From an uncultured Methanomicrobiaceae archaeon (lineage in GTDB: Archaea; Halobacteriota; Methanomicrobia; Methanomicrobiales; Methanoculleaceae): a stretch of 64,000 bases of DNA. Made by a program: the position numbers and the translations under genes. A model generated the notes under the pieces. The model did not search any database, was not told the origin of the DNA, and saw only the letters and a list, made by a program, of their open reading frames with translations. Position 1 is the first letter of the stretch, and each line of letters begins with the position of its first letter. Below, piece after piece: positions 44,628-58,808 of the stretch. The stretch covers positions 736,001-800,000 of the forward strand of contig CAWGXH010000004.1 in the NCBI GenBank assembly GCA_963826525.1, written 5' to 3'.

Positions 44628-45024
44628 TTACTTCCCGTCCGCGAGTGCGAGTATTCGTGCCGCAAGGTGAGCGGCATTTTCACCGTTATCCACGCCGACA
44701 CACGCAACCGGGACACCTTTCGGCATCTGAACGATGGAGAGGAGTGCGTCAAACCCCATTAAAGTACCGCTCACCGGGACACCGATCACCGGCCGGGTGG
44801 TCTTCGACGCGACCACGCCGGGAAGCGCTGCCGAGAGCCCGGCAATAGCGATGAAGACCCGGCAGGGGCTCGACCGGATATACTCGTCGAGGCGGTCGGG
44901 GTCGCGGTGGGCGGAAACCACCTGGAAATCGTAAGAGATATGTTTCTCCTGCAGGACTGCAAAGACCTTCTCTGCGATCACCCGGTCCGATGCGGACCCA
45001 CACAGGTACTGCTACGTCAGCCAT
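44628..45024 (-). CDS. purE: N5-CAIR mutase / AIR carboxylase PurE (frameshift near 45006)
   Basis: [25 protein letters not shown] and [12 protein letters not shown] motifs. Confidence 0.92.
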
Positions 45025-45180
45025 ATGGTTCATGCATATCTGCTGATGGGTCATTAACGCTGCTCTTTGTCATCGCCCGTCATCCTGCGAATCTGTGGAA
45101 GGATGACCTTGATATGAAACGAGATCCAATTAGGTAACCTGAAGAGCTCCAAGACAATCGTATCTACGGACTGATCTGCA

Positions 45181-46766
<1,586 letters not shown>

Positions 46767-46826
46767 CGTAGAAACGTGAAGGATATCAGCAATAAGATGC
46801 CAAACGATACCAGAGGAAGATAGAGC

Positions 46827-47234
46827 ATGACCGTCAAACTGGGTTTTGTGGTGGCGGAGTTCAACCGGGACATCACCTACATGATGGAGATTGAGGCCCG
46901 GGAACACGCCGCGTTTTTGGGTGCGGAGGTAACGGAGACGATCTACGTCCCTGGTGCCTACGATATGCCGCTTGCGATCAAGAAGCTGCTTTCGGCGGGA
47001 AACGTCGATGCAGTGGTCACCGTCGGGTGCGTCATCGAGGGCGCCACCCAGCACGACGAGATAGTTGTGCAGCATGCGGCGCGAAAGATCATCGACCTCT
47101 CGCTTGAGTTCGGAAAGCCTGTCGCCCTCGGTATCTCAGGGCCGGGGATGACCAGGCTCGAGGCGACCGAGCGGATCGATTATGCAAAGCGTGCCGTTGA
47201 ATCTGCCGTGAAGATGGTACAGCGATTGCAATGA
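46827..47234 (+). CDS. ribH: 6,7-dimethyl-8-ribityllumazine synthase
   Basis: [22 protein letters not shown] and KPVALG motifs. Confidence 0.95.
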   Translation: MTVKLGFVVAEFNRDITYMMEIEAREHAAFLGAEVTETIYVPGAYDMPLAIKKLLSAGNVDAVVTVGCVIEGATQHDEIVVQHAARKIIDLSLEFGKPVALGISGPGMTRLEATERIDYAKRAVESAVKMVQRLQ

Positions 47235-48361
47235 GGAGGCTCTCCGAGAAGGTTGCCGGTATTGCACCGTCCGCCACGATTGAGATCTCGAATGCGGCGA
47301 AACGGATGGTGCAGGAGGGCATCGATGTGATCAGTCTCAGTATCGGAGAACCTGACTTCGATACCCCGAAGCATATCACCGATGCCTGTATCGATGCCCT
47401 GCGCCGGGGGGAGACGCACTACGCCCCAAGCCAGGGCATCCCCGAACTGACGGCGGCTATCGCCGGGAAGATCACGAGGGAGAATGGGTTTCCCGCCTCG
47501 CCCGACCAGGTGATCGTCACCTGCGGGGCGAAGGATGCGATCTACGAGGCGATGGAGGCGGTAATCAACCCCTGTGACGAAGTGCTCATCCTCGATCCCG
47601 CATGGGTCTCGTACGAACCCTGCGTCCAACTTGCGGGAGGGACGACACGGCACCACGCCGTCGACCCGGAGACATTCCAGCTCGACGACTCCCTTCTCGA
47701 GGCGGTGAATGGGAACACCCGCATGATCGTGGTGAACTCGCCCTCGAACCCATCGGGAGCGGTGCTTGACGAGCGTTCCCTGCGGCTCGTCGCCGATATC
47801 TGCACGGACCACGATATCATCGCACTCTCCGACGAGATCTACGAAAAACTCGTCTACGAAAAAGAGCACATCTCGCTCGCAAGCCTCGGCAATATGGTCG
47901 AGCGGACGATCACGATCAACGGCTTTTCCAAGGCCTACGCCATGACCGGGTGGCGGGTAGGGTATGCCGTCGCTCCCGAACGGATCATCCGCCAGATGAA
48001 CAAGGTACAGCAGCATACCATCTCGCACCCGGCCACATTTGCGATGTTCGGGGCTGTGGCGGCGCTGACGGGAGATCAGCGCTGTATTGAGGAGATGCGG
48101 CGTGAGTTTCTGCAGCGGCGCGATTACGTCATCGCCGCACTGCACGGGATGGGGTATCGGACGGCTCCGGCAGACGGAGCGTTCTACGCCTACGTGAAGG
48201 TGGAGGGCGACGATACGGAGATCGCCCGCCGGTGGCTCCGGGAGGCGCATGTCGCGGTCACGCCGGGCTCCGCGTTCGGGACACCGGGCTGGGAGCGGCT
48301 CTCCTATGCGACGTCGATGGCAAACCTCAAAGAAGCGATGTACCGGATCAGCACGGTCTGA
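47231..48361 (+). CDS. PLP-dependent aminotransferase class I/II (aspartate aminotransferase-like)
   Basis: [20 protein letters not shown] and [14 protein letters not shown] motifs. Confidence 0.92.
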   Translation: MRRLSEKVAGIAPSATIEISNAAKRMVQEGIDVISLSIGEPDFDTPKHITDACIDALRRGETHYAPSQGIPELTAAIAGKITRENGFPASPDQVIVTCGAKDAIYEAMEAVINPCDEVLILDPAWVSYEPCVQLAGGTTRHHAVDPETFQLDDSLLEAVNGNTRMIVVNSPSNPSGAVLDERSLRLVADICTDHDIIALSDEIYEKLVYEKEHISLASLGNMVERTITINGFSKAYAMTGWRVGYAVAPERIIRQMNKVQQHTISHPATFAMFGAVAALTGDQRCIEEMRREFLQRRDYVIAALHGMGYRTAPADGAFYAYVKVEGDDTEIARRWLREAHVAVTPGSAFGTPGWERLSYATSMANLKEAMYRISTV

Positions 48362-48374
48362 TCCGGATCTTTTT

Positions 48375-50037
48375 TTACCCCTGCGGCGAAGGAGCGGAGC
48401 TCAGACGTTCAAAGCACCGGTCTGCCTCCTCGGTTCTGCCGAGACGCATGAGCGCAAGACCCTTCACCCCGATCAGGAAGAGATTGTCGGGGTCGTGCGT
48501 GAGCGATTGCGTATAGCACTCGACGGCAGGTTCGTACCGCCGGAGCATCATCAGCGTATTGCCCCGAGCGGCGAGGGCGCCTGCATGCCACCTGTCCAGG
48601 GCCAGTGCACGGCCGAAGCTCGTGATCGCCTCGTCGGTACTGCCTGAGGATATGCAGCACGAGCCCCCTCCGGTACCACGCATCCACGTTTTCCGGGTTT
48701 CTGCCGAGTTCCCGGTCGTAGCAGGCGAGTGCCTCGTCGTACTGCTCCGTGATACAGAGCAGGTCGGCTCTGTTCTTCCGGACGCCGGGGCTCTCCGGGT
48801 TCATCTCGAGCGCCTGGTCGTAACAGGTGATCGCCTCGTCGAAGCGTCCGAGATGGCAGAGGGCGTTTCCACGGTTGTTCCATGCCGCGATACTCCCCGG
48901 GCTCCGCTGGAGCCCCTCTTCGTAGGCGGCTGCCGCCCGGTCGTAGTGCCCGGTGAGGAGGAGTGCCTCCGCTATGGTCAGCAGCGCTCCGGCGTGGTTC
49001 CGGTCGATCTTCAGAGCATGGTCGCAGCATGCGATCGCCTCATCGTAGCGCTTCAGTTGGAGCAGGGCCAGGCTCTTGTGATGCCAGATATCGGGGTTCG
49101 CCTGCTCAATCTTCAGGGCATGGTCGTAACTGCCGATTGCCCCGTTATACCGTTGCAGGCGTGCAAACGCGAGGCCGCGGTGGTGCCAGGCAGCAGCAGC
49201 ATAACCCGTATCGATCCGGAGGATGCGGTCGAAGCAGGCGATCGCCTCCTCGTCCCGCCCGAGGTGCTGGAGCACGAGTCCCTTATGATACCATGCCCTG
49301 ATATCTCCCGAGTTGAGAGCGAGCACCTGCTCGAGGCTGGTTATCGCCTCGTCCGAGCACTGCAGGCGTTCTGCAGCGACTCCCCTGCCGTACCAGGCAC
49401 CCGGATGGTCGGGCTGTATCCTCACGACCTGATCGAACGATCGGATCGCCGCCTCGTCCTGTTGCAGGATGAGCTGGAGTTTCCCCTTCTGGAACCACGC
49501 CTCCGTATGATCCGGATTGATCGTTGTCACTGCATCGAAGCAGGCGACGGCATGGCCGTACTGTTTCGCCAGGATAAGCGCCGACCCCTTCTCGAACCAC
49601 GCATCGATGCAGTCCGGCCGTATCCCGATCGCCCGGTCAAGGGAGAGGAGTGCCTCCTCGTGGCGCATAAGGCAGGTGAGCGCTTTTCCTCTGGCGCACC
49701 AGGAGGCAGCGTCCTCGGGGTTTCCTTTGAGCACCTGATCGTAGGCTGCTATCGCATCGGCATACTGCCGCTGCCGGTGGAGGTGCTGGCCTCTGCCCCG
49801 CCACGCCTCTGCAAGGCCCGGATCGATCTCGACCGCCCGATCGAACGAGACTCCGGCGTCGTCGAACCGGCCGAGAGACCGGAGCGCTGCTCCCCGGGCG
49901 GACCATGCCTCTGCGTGCTCCGGGTCTTTCTCGAGCACTCTGTCGTAGCACCGGACCGCCTCTTCGTATTGTCCCTGGCCGGCATGCTCGAGACCTCTGC
50001 TCTGCCATGCGTCGGCACCCCTCCGGGAGAAGACCAT
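48375..50037 (-). CDS. Long tetratricopeptide repeat protein (frameshift near 48640)
   Basis: About 15-16 tandem TPR motifs. Confidence 0.88.
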
Positions 50038-50270
50038 GAGTATGTGGTGACATAAGCTCATGAGTATAAATAGATATCAGTATCCGGGCGCCGTTCGCAT
50101 CGGCTCGTTCCGGATCCTGCCCCCGGGGAGAGGGCGCCTGTCTCTCTGGAGACCTTCGGGCGTCTTTACGGTCCTGAAGCGCATCTCCCGGCTCCCCGAT
50201 GCATTTGGTAACCTATACTATCTTCTGCGACAAAACCGACTATAAGGAGGGCCATTTCCGGCTGGTATCC

Positions 50271-50936
50271 ATGAAGCGAATCCGTGAACTCCCCGATCTC
50301 GACCGTCCCCGCGAGAAGCTGGCGAAAAACGGGCCTGCATTCCTTTCAGAGACGGAACTTGTGGCGGCGATCATAGGAAAGGGCACCCGGGGGCGGGACG
50401 TCTTCCTGGTCGCCTCCGAGATCGCCCGGCATCTGCAGGCGACGGCTGCCGCTCTCTCGTATGACGATCTGATGACGATCCAGGGGGTGGGATCGGCGAA
50501 AGCCTGCCAGATCGTGGCCTCTTTCGAGCTTGCCCGGCGATACCTGGATGCCGATCCTCGGGGGCGGAGGATCGGGTCTCCCTCGGACGTGCTCCCACTG
50601 GTCGCCGACCTCGCGGAGAAACGTCAGGAGTACTTCGTCTGCGTCACCCTCAACGGGGCCGGGGAGGTGATCTCCCGGCGGACGGTCACCGTCGGGCTGC
50701 TCAACCAGAGTCTCGTCCACCCTCGCGAGGTCTTTGCCGATGCCATCACCGACCGGGCAGCTTCGGTGATCCTGGTGCACAACCACCCTTCCGGCGCCCT
50801 CGAACCGAGCCAGCAGGATATCGCCATCACCCGCCAGCTCGCAGAAGCCGGATCAATCCTTGGTATTCGCGTTCTTGACCACCTTATCGTCTCGAGGAAA
50901 GGGTATGCAAGTTTGAAAGAACTCGGGCATCTCTGA
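50271..50936 (+). CDS. radC: RadC/JAB-domain (UPF0758) protein
   Basis: RPREKL, HhH motif GVG.AKA, HPREVF, HNHPSG and VLDHLI motifs. Confidence 0.92.
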   Translation: MKRIRELPDLDRPREKLAKNGPAFLSETELVAAIIGKGTRGRDVFLVASEIARHLQATAAALSYDDLMTIQGVGSAKACQIVASFELARRYLDADPRGRRIGSPSDVLPLVADLAEKRQEYFVCVTLNGAGEVISRRTVTVGLLNQSLVHPREVFADAITDRAASVILVHNHPSGALEPSQQDIAITRQLAEAGSILGIRVLDHLIVSRKGYASLKELGHL

Positions 50937-51303
50937 ACTCCCGCTCTCGTTGGGCTACGGTATCGTGCGGAGATATATACCTTCGGTCATGCAGATCTTC
51001 AGGGAGCCGGGCGTTTCTGCAATAGTACCAGACCACGCCTCAGGAGGGAGAGAAATTCTCTCGAATAATGCCTCTTTTTCGGGATATTCGGCATGGAAGA
51101 AGATTCTTTTGGGGAGAATGGTCAATTTATATCATCTGCCCGATATAATCGGATGTGTATCCGGCCGAAAGGTACGATGTCGCATCCGATCGGATTACCT
51201 GCAGATATATGGGAAAGAACCGGGTTTCCGGGGCGGCCGCCCCGGTCATCCCGTCGAAGGGGAGAGATGTACGATAGACAGGCGCGGATCCGTTGAGAGA
51301 GCA

Positions 51304-54300
51304 ATGAATGCACGGCCGCTTGAAGAGGAGATCGAGTCCGTTCGAAGACGGCTGGATACGCTGAGCCGAGGGCCATATCCCGATAGGTCGGAGGGTCTCG
51401 CAGGAAAGGTTTCCGGCCTCCTTGAGGCACTGATAGCGGAGCGGGATGAGCTCAAGGAGATGAACGCCGGACTCGAGCGTTCCCTGGATGCCGCGGAGAA
51501 AGCGCTGCAGCATTACCACGATCTCTTCACCTCAGCTCCAGAGGTCTATCTCGAAACCGATTCGTTCGGAATTATCACGGCGGCAAATGCGGCGGCAGAG
51601 ACCTTTTTTGGTCTTTCGGGCGATACGCTGGTCGGAAAGCACCTTCTCCTCTATATCTCGCCGGAGAGCCGCAAATCCCTCCTCTCTGCGATCACCCGGA
51701 TACACGGCGGCGCGGAGAAGCCGTCATGGGAAGGGACGCTTCGACAGCCAAACCGGGAGCCGGTAGCGGTCGCCGGAACGGTCGCCGCCGCCTATGCCCC
51801 CGACGGTGCGCTCTCGAGCCTTCGCTGGATATTGCGTGATATCACCCGAGAACGGGCGTCCCGCGAGAATGCCAGGGAGAGCCTCGATCTCCTTGAGGGA
51901 ATCTTCGAAAACCTCGGTGATATCGTCGGGATTCAGACGCCCGAGCGGAGGATCATCCGCTACAACCGTGCGGGGTACGAGAGCCTCGGCGTGAAACCCG
52001 AGGAGATCATCGGCAGGAAGTGCTACGAGGTGATCGGGCGCTCCTCTCCCTGCGCGATCTGTGCAAGCGCCCGGGTGCTCGAGACCAGGAAGGCCGAAGT
52101 CGTCGAGAAGTACGTTCCCGAGCTTGGACGGCACCTTGAATGCCGGGCAAGTCCTGTGCTGAACGCCGAGGGCGAGGTGACGATGATCATCGAGCAGATC
52201 ATCGATATCACCGATCGCGTCTCGGCGGCCGAGGCGCTCGAGCGGGCGAATGCCTATAATCGGAGCCTCATTGAGGCGAGCCCCGATCCGATGGCGGTCG
52301 TCGACCCTGATGGGATCGTTACGGACGTGAATGCTGCGGCGGAGACCATCACCGGGAAGACCAGGGACGAGATTATCGGGACAGAGTTTACCGGGCACTT
52401 CACCGATCCCGGGGTTGCCCGCACCGGTTTCGAGACGATTTTTGAGGCCGGAACGGTGCGGGACTACCCGCTCGAGATCCGGCACCGGGACGGGCACATA
52501 ACCCCCGTCCTCTGCAATGCCTCGGTCTTTCGGGGTGGAAACGGCAGTATTGTCGGAATAGTTGCTGCTGCACGGGACGTCACCGAGCTTCGTCGGGCTG
52601 AGGAGGCCGTCAGGGAGAGCGAGCGGCGGTACCGGCAACTCATCGAAAATCTCAACGAGGGGATCTGGCAGACCGACCCGGAGGGTGTCACGACCTATGT
52701 CAACCCGCAGATGGCGGCACTCCTCGGCTATACCGTCGAGGAGATGCACGGGATGCATCTGTTTGTGTTCATGGACGAGGCCGGCGTCGAACAGGCGAAG
52801 GCAGGGCTTGATCGGAGAAGCCGGGGCATTCGGGATCAGCGCGAATTCACCTTCCTCCGGAAGGATAAAAGCCATGTGCGGACGCTTGTATCGGCCGCCC
52901 CGCTCATCGACGATGAGGGAGTCTACCGCGGGTCTATAGCGGCCGTCCTCGATGTTACCGAGCTGCACCGGGCGGAGAGGGCTCTCCGGGAGAGCGAAGA
53001 GCGGTACCGCTCCTTCGTCCAGAACCTCCAGGGGATTGCGTTCTACGGGACTCTCGATTTCCGGCCGCTCTTTCTTCACGGGAGCGTCCTTGAGATCACC
53101 GGGTATACCGAGGGAGAGATCGTCGGGGGCGTTAAACGCTGGGAGCTGTTAATCCACCCGGACGACCGCGAGCGGATGGCGGAGAGCACCCAACAGCTCA
53201 CCACTACCCCGGGGTACATCTCGAACCGGGAGTACCGGATCATCCGCAAAGACGGCGCTATCCGGTGGCTTCGGGAACTTGCCCGCAACGTCTGCGACGA
53301 AGAAGGGTATCCGGTCAGGATTGAAGGGACGTTCTACGACATCACGGATCGGAAGGAGGCGGAAGAGGCGCTCCGGGAGAGCGAGAAGAAGTACCGGGAT
53401 ATCACCCGGCGAAGCTTCGACATGATCTACACCTGCTACCACCGGGAGGGGATTACCTTCATTACCCCGGCGGTGGAGCGGATCCTGGGCTACACGCCGG
53501 AGGAGGTGGTCGGGACCGTCTGCAGGGATTACGTCGCCCCCGAGAGCAGGCTGGTCTGGGAGAAGGCCTACCGGACGATCACCGCCGGCATCCCGGTCGA
53601 GGGTGTTCGGATCAGGTTCCGCCGAAAGGACGGGACATATGCGTTCGTCGAGCCTGAATGAGTCCCCCATCTTCAGGGACGGAACGGTCGTCGGCGTCCA
53701 GGCGGTCGGCAGGGATATCACCGAGCGAAAAAAGGCGGAAGAGGCGCTCCGGGAGAGTGAAGAGCGGTTCCGGAGTATCTTCGAAGAGTCTCCGATCGGC
53801 ATTCAGGTCTACGACGCGGGGGGCAGGCTGCTCACCCTCAACAATGCCTGCATCGGCATATTCGGTTTCTACGACTGCAATGACCTGCAGGAGTTCAACT
53901 TCTTTGGAGACCCGAACCTGCCGGAGGCGGAGATCCGGCACCTGATGGGCGGCGAGGTCGTCCGGTGCAGGATACCCTATGACTTTGAGGAGGTGAAGCG
54001 GCGGAACCTCTATAATACGACGCGGTCGGGGTGCATCTTCCTCGATGTGCTGATCACGCCGATCAGTCCGCCGGAGGGGGACGGGGCACCGGAGTCCTAT
54101 CTGCTTCAGGTTCAGGACGTCACCGAGCAGGTCAGGATGGAGGCGCTCAAACAGGAGGCGTATGAGCGGATCAATAAGAACATCGAGCAGTTTGCCATCC
54201 TCGGCGATCACGTCCGCCAGCCGCTTCAGGTGATTCTGGGTCTCTCGGAGCTGATCGAGGACGATCGGACGGAGAAAATTATTGACGAGGTACGGAGAAT

Positions 54301-54380
54301 CAATGGGATCATTAAACAGGCTCGATCAGGGCTGGGTCGAGTCGAGGAAGGTTCGGGAGTTTCTGCAGAGAAATGAATAG
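51304..54380 (+). CDS. Multi-PAS sensor protein ending in a HisKA-like helix pair, with no ATPase domain (frameshifts near 53653 and 54320)
   Basis: About 7 PAS/PAC modules with DIT/DVT..K.AEEALRESE linkers; C-terminus QFAILGDHVRQPLQVILG...LDQGWVESRKVREFLQRNE-stop. Confidence 0.85.
53338..53748 (+). repeat. PAS-module direct repeat, copy 1 (near-identical to 56631-57043)
   Basis: Long exact tracts shared, e.g. GACATGATCTACACCTGCTACCACCGGGAGGGGATTACCTTCAT and GAGTCCCCCATCTTCAGGGACGGAACGGTCGTCGGCGTCCAGGCGGTCGGCAGGGATATCACCG. Confidence 0.9.
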
Positions 54381-54418
54381 GAGTTGCCGGACGATGGCCA
54401 TGTCGTCGGGGGTGCATA

Positions 54419-54907
54419 ATGCGTGATCCGGAACGCCTCGAAAAGGCGTTGCACCATCCGGACTCCGAAGTCCGGTGGACGGCGGTCCTGCTGCTCGAAG
54501 AGGCGCATACCGACCGGGCGACCGAGCTGCTTACCGAAGCACTGAAAGACGATTATCTCAGCATCCGCTGGCGCTCAGCCGTGGCCCTCGGAAATATCGG
54601 CGACCCGCGGACAGTCGGGCCTCTTGTGGAAGCCCTTGAGGATGAGAGCAAACACGTCCGGGAGGAGGCGGCGGTGAGTCTCGGGAAGATCGGCGATCCC
54701 CGGGCGGTCGACCCGCTCGTCCGGCGCCTGCAGGATCGCGCTCTTGCCGTCAGGATCGCGGCGGCACGGGCGCTGGTGACCATCGGGGGGCCTGCACGCC
54801 CGGCGCTCGTCGGCCTCTCGATAACGGGCGACGAACCGCTGCGGCTGGCCGCTGCTGACATCCTGCAGGAGATGGAGGAGCGGAGGCTCCGGCAGAGAGC
54901 CCGGTGA
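54419..54907 (+). CDS. HEAT/PBS-lyase repeat protein
   Basis: Repeated VR..AA..LG.IGDPRAV.PLV motifs. Confidence 0.88.
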   Translation: MRDPERLEKALHHPDSEVRWTAVLLLEEAHTDRATELLTEALKDDYLSIRWRSAVALGNIGDPRTVGPLVEALEDESKHVREEAAVSLGKIGDPRAVDPLVRRLQDRALAVRIAAARALVTIGGPARPALVGLSITGDEPLRLAAADILQEMEERRLRQRAR

Positions 54908-55257
54908 GGATGATCGGTATGGAAGGCGAGGTGTTGATCGAATGGAGGCGGCCGGCGCCTTCCCGGTCTCCCGAGAGGGCTGTGGCGTTCCGGGCGGTGC
55001 TCGAAGATCTCCGGAGCCGGCTTGAGGAGCGGGGTATCGGGGTGACGGTAACGGAGACGCTGCTTTCCGGGGATGCCGCGGGGCAGGTGCTGATGAACGG
55101 TATTCCCTTAGAAGACCTCGTCCCGGTGCAGGGGCGGGAGGAGGGGTGCAGCAGGTGTATGGGCGGCGGTGCCGGGTGCGGCCAGCCTGTCTATGAAGCG
55201 GTGTCCGCACCCCTCCTCCGCCTCGCGGCACTGCGGGCATCCGGCGTGAATCAGTGA
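54904..55257 (+). CDS. DUF2703-like thioredoxin-fold protein
   Basis: IEW...R, VLMNGIPLEDL, CSRC...CG and YEAVSAPLLR.AAL pattern. Confidence 0.6.
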   Translation: MRMIGMEGEVLIEWRRPAPSRSPERAVAFRAVLEDLRSRLEERGIGVTVTETLLSGDAAGQVLMNGIPLEDLVPVQGREEGCSRCMGGGAGCGQPVYEAVSAPLLRLAALRASGVNQ

Positions 55258-55369
55258 AACGACAGGACTATCCCGGATTCTCTTTGGATAGGCTCTTCTG
55301 AGGTGGTTTTCCAAGCGACATTATTTTATATCGATTAACGTCGTTTCCACTATTTAGGTGTCTGTCCGC

Positions 55370-58300
55370 ATGCCCTCCACGTCCACCGCCGTTCCCGGTC
55401 GTGTCCTCTACGTCGACGACGAACTTCAGCTGCTCGAGTCTGACGAAACTCTTCCTCGAGCGGACAGGGGATATCGCCGTCGATACCACCAACAGCCCGG
55501 AGGAGGCTCTTGAGAAGGTCGTGTCCGGGCGGTACGATGCGATCGTATCCGACTACCAGATGCCGGGGATGGATGGTATCATGCTCCTTGAGCGGATCCG
55601 CTCGGGAGGGTCGGATATTCCGTTCATCATCTTCACCGGCAGGGGGCGGGAGGAGGTGGCGATCCGGGCGCTGAACGCCGGTGCCGACTTCTATCTCCAG
55701 AAAGGCGGCGATCCAAAGGCGCAGTTCGCCGAGCTTGCGAACGCGATCAGGCAGGCGGTCGGGAGGCGGCGAGCGGAAGTGGCGGTGCGCGAGAGGGAGG
55801 CGGTACCTGTACAAGACGCAGGCTCTTGCCAGCCTCGGCAGCTGGAGCTCGATCTCGAGACCGGCCGGCTGATCTGGTCGGACGAGACCTATCGCATCTT
55901 CGGCCTGGATCCGCAGGAGTTCCCGGCAACGTACGAAGCCTTCCTTGACACCGTCCACCCGGACGACCGGGCTTTCGTCGACGCCGCGTACTCGGGATCG
56001 ATCGCGGACGGGAAGGACAGCTGCGAGATCGAGCACCGGCTTGTGCGAGGGTCTGCCGGGGAGATCCGCTACGTCCACGAGAAGTGCGAGCATCAGCGTG
56101 GTGAATCCGGCAGGGTCATACGTTCTCTCGGGATGGTGCACGATATCACCGACCGCAAACGGGCAGAGATTGAGCTGCAACGAAAACATGCCGAACTCGT
56201 GGCCGCGTATGAAGATCTCACCGCCATCGGGGAGGAGCTCCGGTCGAGTTTCGACGCACTTGCCGCAAACCAGCAGCGCCTTCGGGAGAACGAGGAGCGC
56301 TACCGGCGTATCTCCGACAGCATCTCCGACGTCGCGTTCTCCTGTCTTCGCAAGGATACGGGCGAGTACGCGCTCGACTGGCTGGCCGGCGCCGTCCACG
56401 AGATCACCGGGTATACCACCGACGAGATCCTTGCGGAGGGGTGCTGGAAGTGCATTGTCTACCCAGAGGATCTTCCCCTCTTTGAGCGGGAGGTTCTCTC
56501 CCTCTCTCCCGGGGACTCATCCGCCTGCGAGCTGCGGATAGTCCGCCCGGACGGGTCGGCACGGTGGCTGCACATCTCCACGAGCTGCACCGGAGACGGG
56601 AACGCCACCCGGCTGCATGGCGGGTGGCAGGATATCACCGGCCGGAAGGATGCGGAGGAGGCGCTCCGGGAGAGCGAGAAGAAGGACCCGGGATATCACC
56701 CGGCGAAGTTTCGACATGATCTACACCTGCTACCACCGGGAGGGGATTACCTTCATCACCCCGGCGGTGGAGCGGATCCTGGGCTACACGCCGGAGGAGG
56801 TGGTCGGCACCGTCTGCAGGGATTATGTCGCCCCCGAGAGCAGGCTGGTCTGGGAGAAGGCCTACCGGACGATCGTCGCCGGCATCCCGGTCGAGGGTGT
56901 CCGGATCAGGTTCCGCCGAAAGGACGGGACATATGCGCTTGTCGAGGCTCGAACGAGTCCCCCATCTTCAGGGACGGAACGGTCGTCGGCGTCCAGGCGG
57001 TCGGCAGGGATATCACCGCGCGGAAAAAGGCGGAGGACGCCCTGCGGGAGCGGGAGCATCTCCTCAATAAGGTATTCGAGATCCTGCCGATAGGGGTCTG
57101 GCTGGCGGACCGGGAGGGCAGGCTCGTGATGGGCAACCCGGCGGGCAAGAGGATCTGGGGTGCCGAACCCCTGGTCGCCCCGGAGGAGTACGGCGTCTTC
57201 AGGGCTCGACGGCTGCCGTCCGGGAAAGAGGTCGCTGCCGATGACTGGGCGCTCGTCCACACGATCGAGCGAGGTGCGACGGTCGCCGACGAGCTGCTGG
57301 AGATCGATGCCCTCGACGGTAAGAAGCGGGTCATCCTGAACTATACCAGCCCCGTCCTCGACGAAGATGGTGGGATCGCGGGTGCGGTCATCGTCAACCA
57401 GGAGATCACCGATCACTGGCTCGCGGAGAAGGCGCTACGGGAGAGCGCTGAGAAGATGGAGAGCATCTTCCGTGCCGCACCCGCCGGGATAGGAGTGGCG
57501 GTCGACCGTATCTTCACGGAGGTCAACCTGGGCTTCTGCGAGCTCGTCGGCTACGCCCGCGACGAGCTCGTCGGCCGGTCGGTACGGCTGGTCTATCCGA
57601 GCGATGATGATTTCGGATTGATCGGCGAGATGAAGAGCAGTCAGATTGAGAGAGACGGGGCAAGCCGGGTGGAGACACGTTTCCGGCGAAAGGACGGCAG
57701 CCTCATCGATGTGCTGCTCTGCAGCACACCCCTCGATCCTTCGGACCTCTCCCGGGGCGTGACGTTCACCGTGCTGGATATCACCGAACGCAGAGTGATG
57801 GAGCTCGAGATCGCGTTCCATGCCGAAGAGCTCGCCCGGTATTCGAACAGTCTCGCCATGGCGAATCGGAAACTCAACCTGATGAGCAGCATCACCCGAC
57901 ATGACGTCTTAAACCAGCTGATGGTCCTGCAGGGCAACCTTGCGTTTGCGGAGGAGTCGGTACCGGGCGGGGACGTCTCAGGTTACCTTGCAAAGGTGAG
58001 GGATGCGGCTCGCCGGATCCAGCGCCAGATCGAGTTCACCCGGGACTACACGGAGACTCGGTGTCCGGTCGCCTGAGTGGCAGCGGGTCTCGGATGTGAT
58101 CCGGGATGCGGAGCTCGATGCTCTCCCGGTCATCGACGAGACCGGAGGGCTTGTCATCTGCGCCGACCCGATGCTCGGAACCGTCTTTGCAAACCTGATG
58201 GACAACACGATCCGGCACGGGGAGTCGGCGACCCGGATCCGTCTCTCCTGCCGCCCTGAGGAGAACGGCGATATCACTCTCATCTGGGAGGACAACGGTG

Positions 58301-58500
58301 TCGGTATCCCGGCCGGGGAGAAGGAGCGGATCTTTGAGAGGAATGTCGGGAAGAATACGGGGCTCGGCCTCTTCCTGATCCAGGAGATCCTCTCGATAAC
58401 CGGGATCGGCATCATCGAGACGGGCGAAGAGGGGCGGGGGGCGCGGTTTGAGATGCGTGTGCTCCGGGAAGCCTGCCGGGTCGACCGGGAAGAGGCGTGA
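55370..58500 (+). CDS. Hybrid receiver-PAS-histidine kinase (several frameshifts)
   Basis: REC domain (VLYVDDE, VSDYQMPGMDG, FYLQKGG), about 5 PAS modules, H-box TRHDVLNQL and HATPase (NLMDN..RHG, EDNGVG, GLGLF). Confidence 0.88.
56631..57043 (+). repeat. PAS-module direct repeat, copy 2
   Basis: Matches 53338-53748 with only scattered substitutions. Confidence 0.9.
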
Positions 58501-58538
58501 GATCGGCTCTCTACCGCTTGGACGCACGCCGGGCAGCG

Positions 58539-58808
58539 GTTGCACTCCTGTTGCACCGCTAGCCGTCATGGTCATAAGGAAAAGGGGTTGTAACGCCCGA
58601 ATATCACTGACGTTTGCACCCATATCGGATTCACAGAGACTCACACGCCCGCCGCCCGCATGCCTGGTGTGCCCTGTGTTCTCCCGGACTGATGCAAAAT
58701 TCTTGTATCTGATTCTACTGTCTTCGTTACAAGAATCATCCGGAAAGGGTCTTCCGGATTTGCACTCTGCCCGTTTTTCGGGCGCAAATGGGGTGCAAAG
58801 GTGCAAAC
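58539..58808. repeat. Inverted-repeat-bounded non-coding element, copy C (left end degenerate)
   Basis: AACGCCCGAATATCACTGACGTTTGCACCCATATCGGATTCACAGAGAC aligns with copy A AACGCCAGGATCTTACCGATGTTTACACTTGCTCCGGATTCACAGACAC. Right end CCCGTTTTTCGGGCGCAAATGGGGTGCAAAGGTGCAAAC matches copy A CCCGTTTTTCGGGTGCAAACGGGGTGCAACAGTGCAAAC. Confidence 0.75.

Noticed and set aside
50950-51303. 118-codon N-terminal extension of the multi-PAS ORF
   Set aside because: AT-richer, promoter-like sequence (TTTATAT near 51126) with non-protein-like translation; ATG 51304 is the more plausible start.
53338-57043. Diversity-generating retroelement template/variable repeat pair
   Set aside because: Differences are not adenine-specific, both copies are in-gene coding modules, and no reverse transcriptase is in the window.
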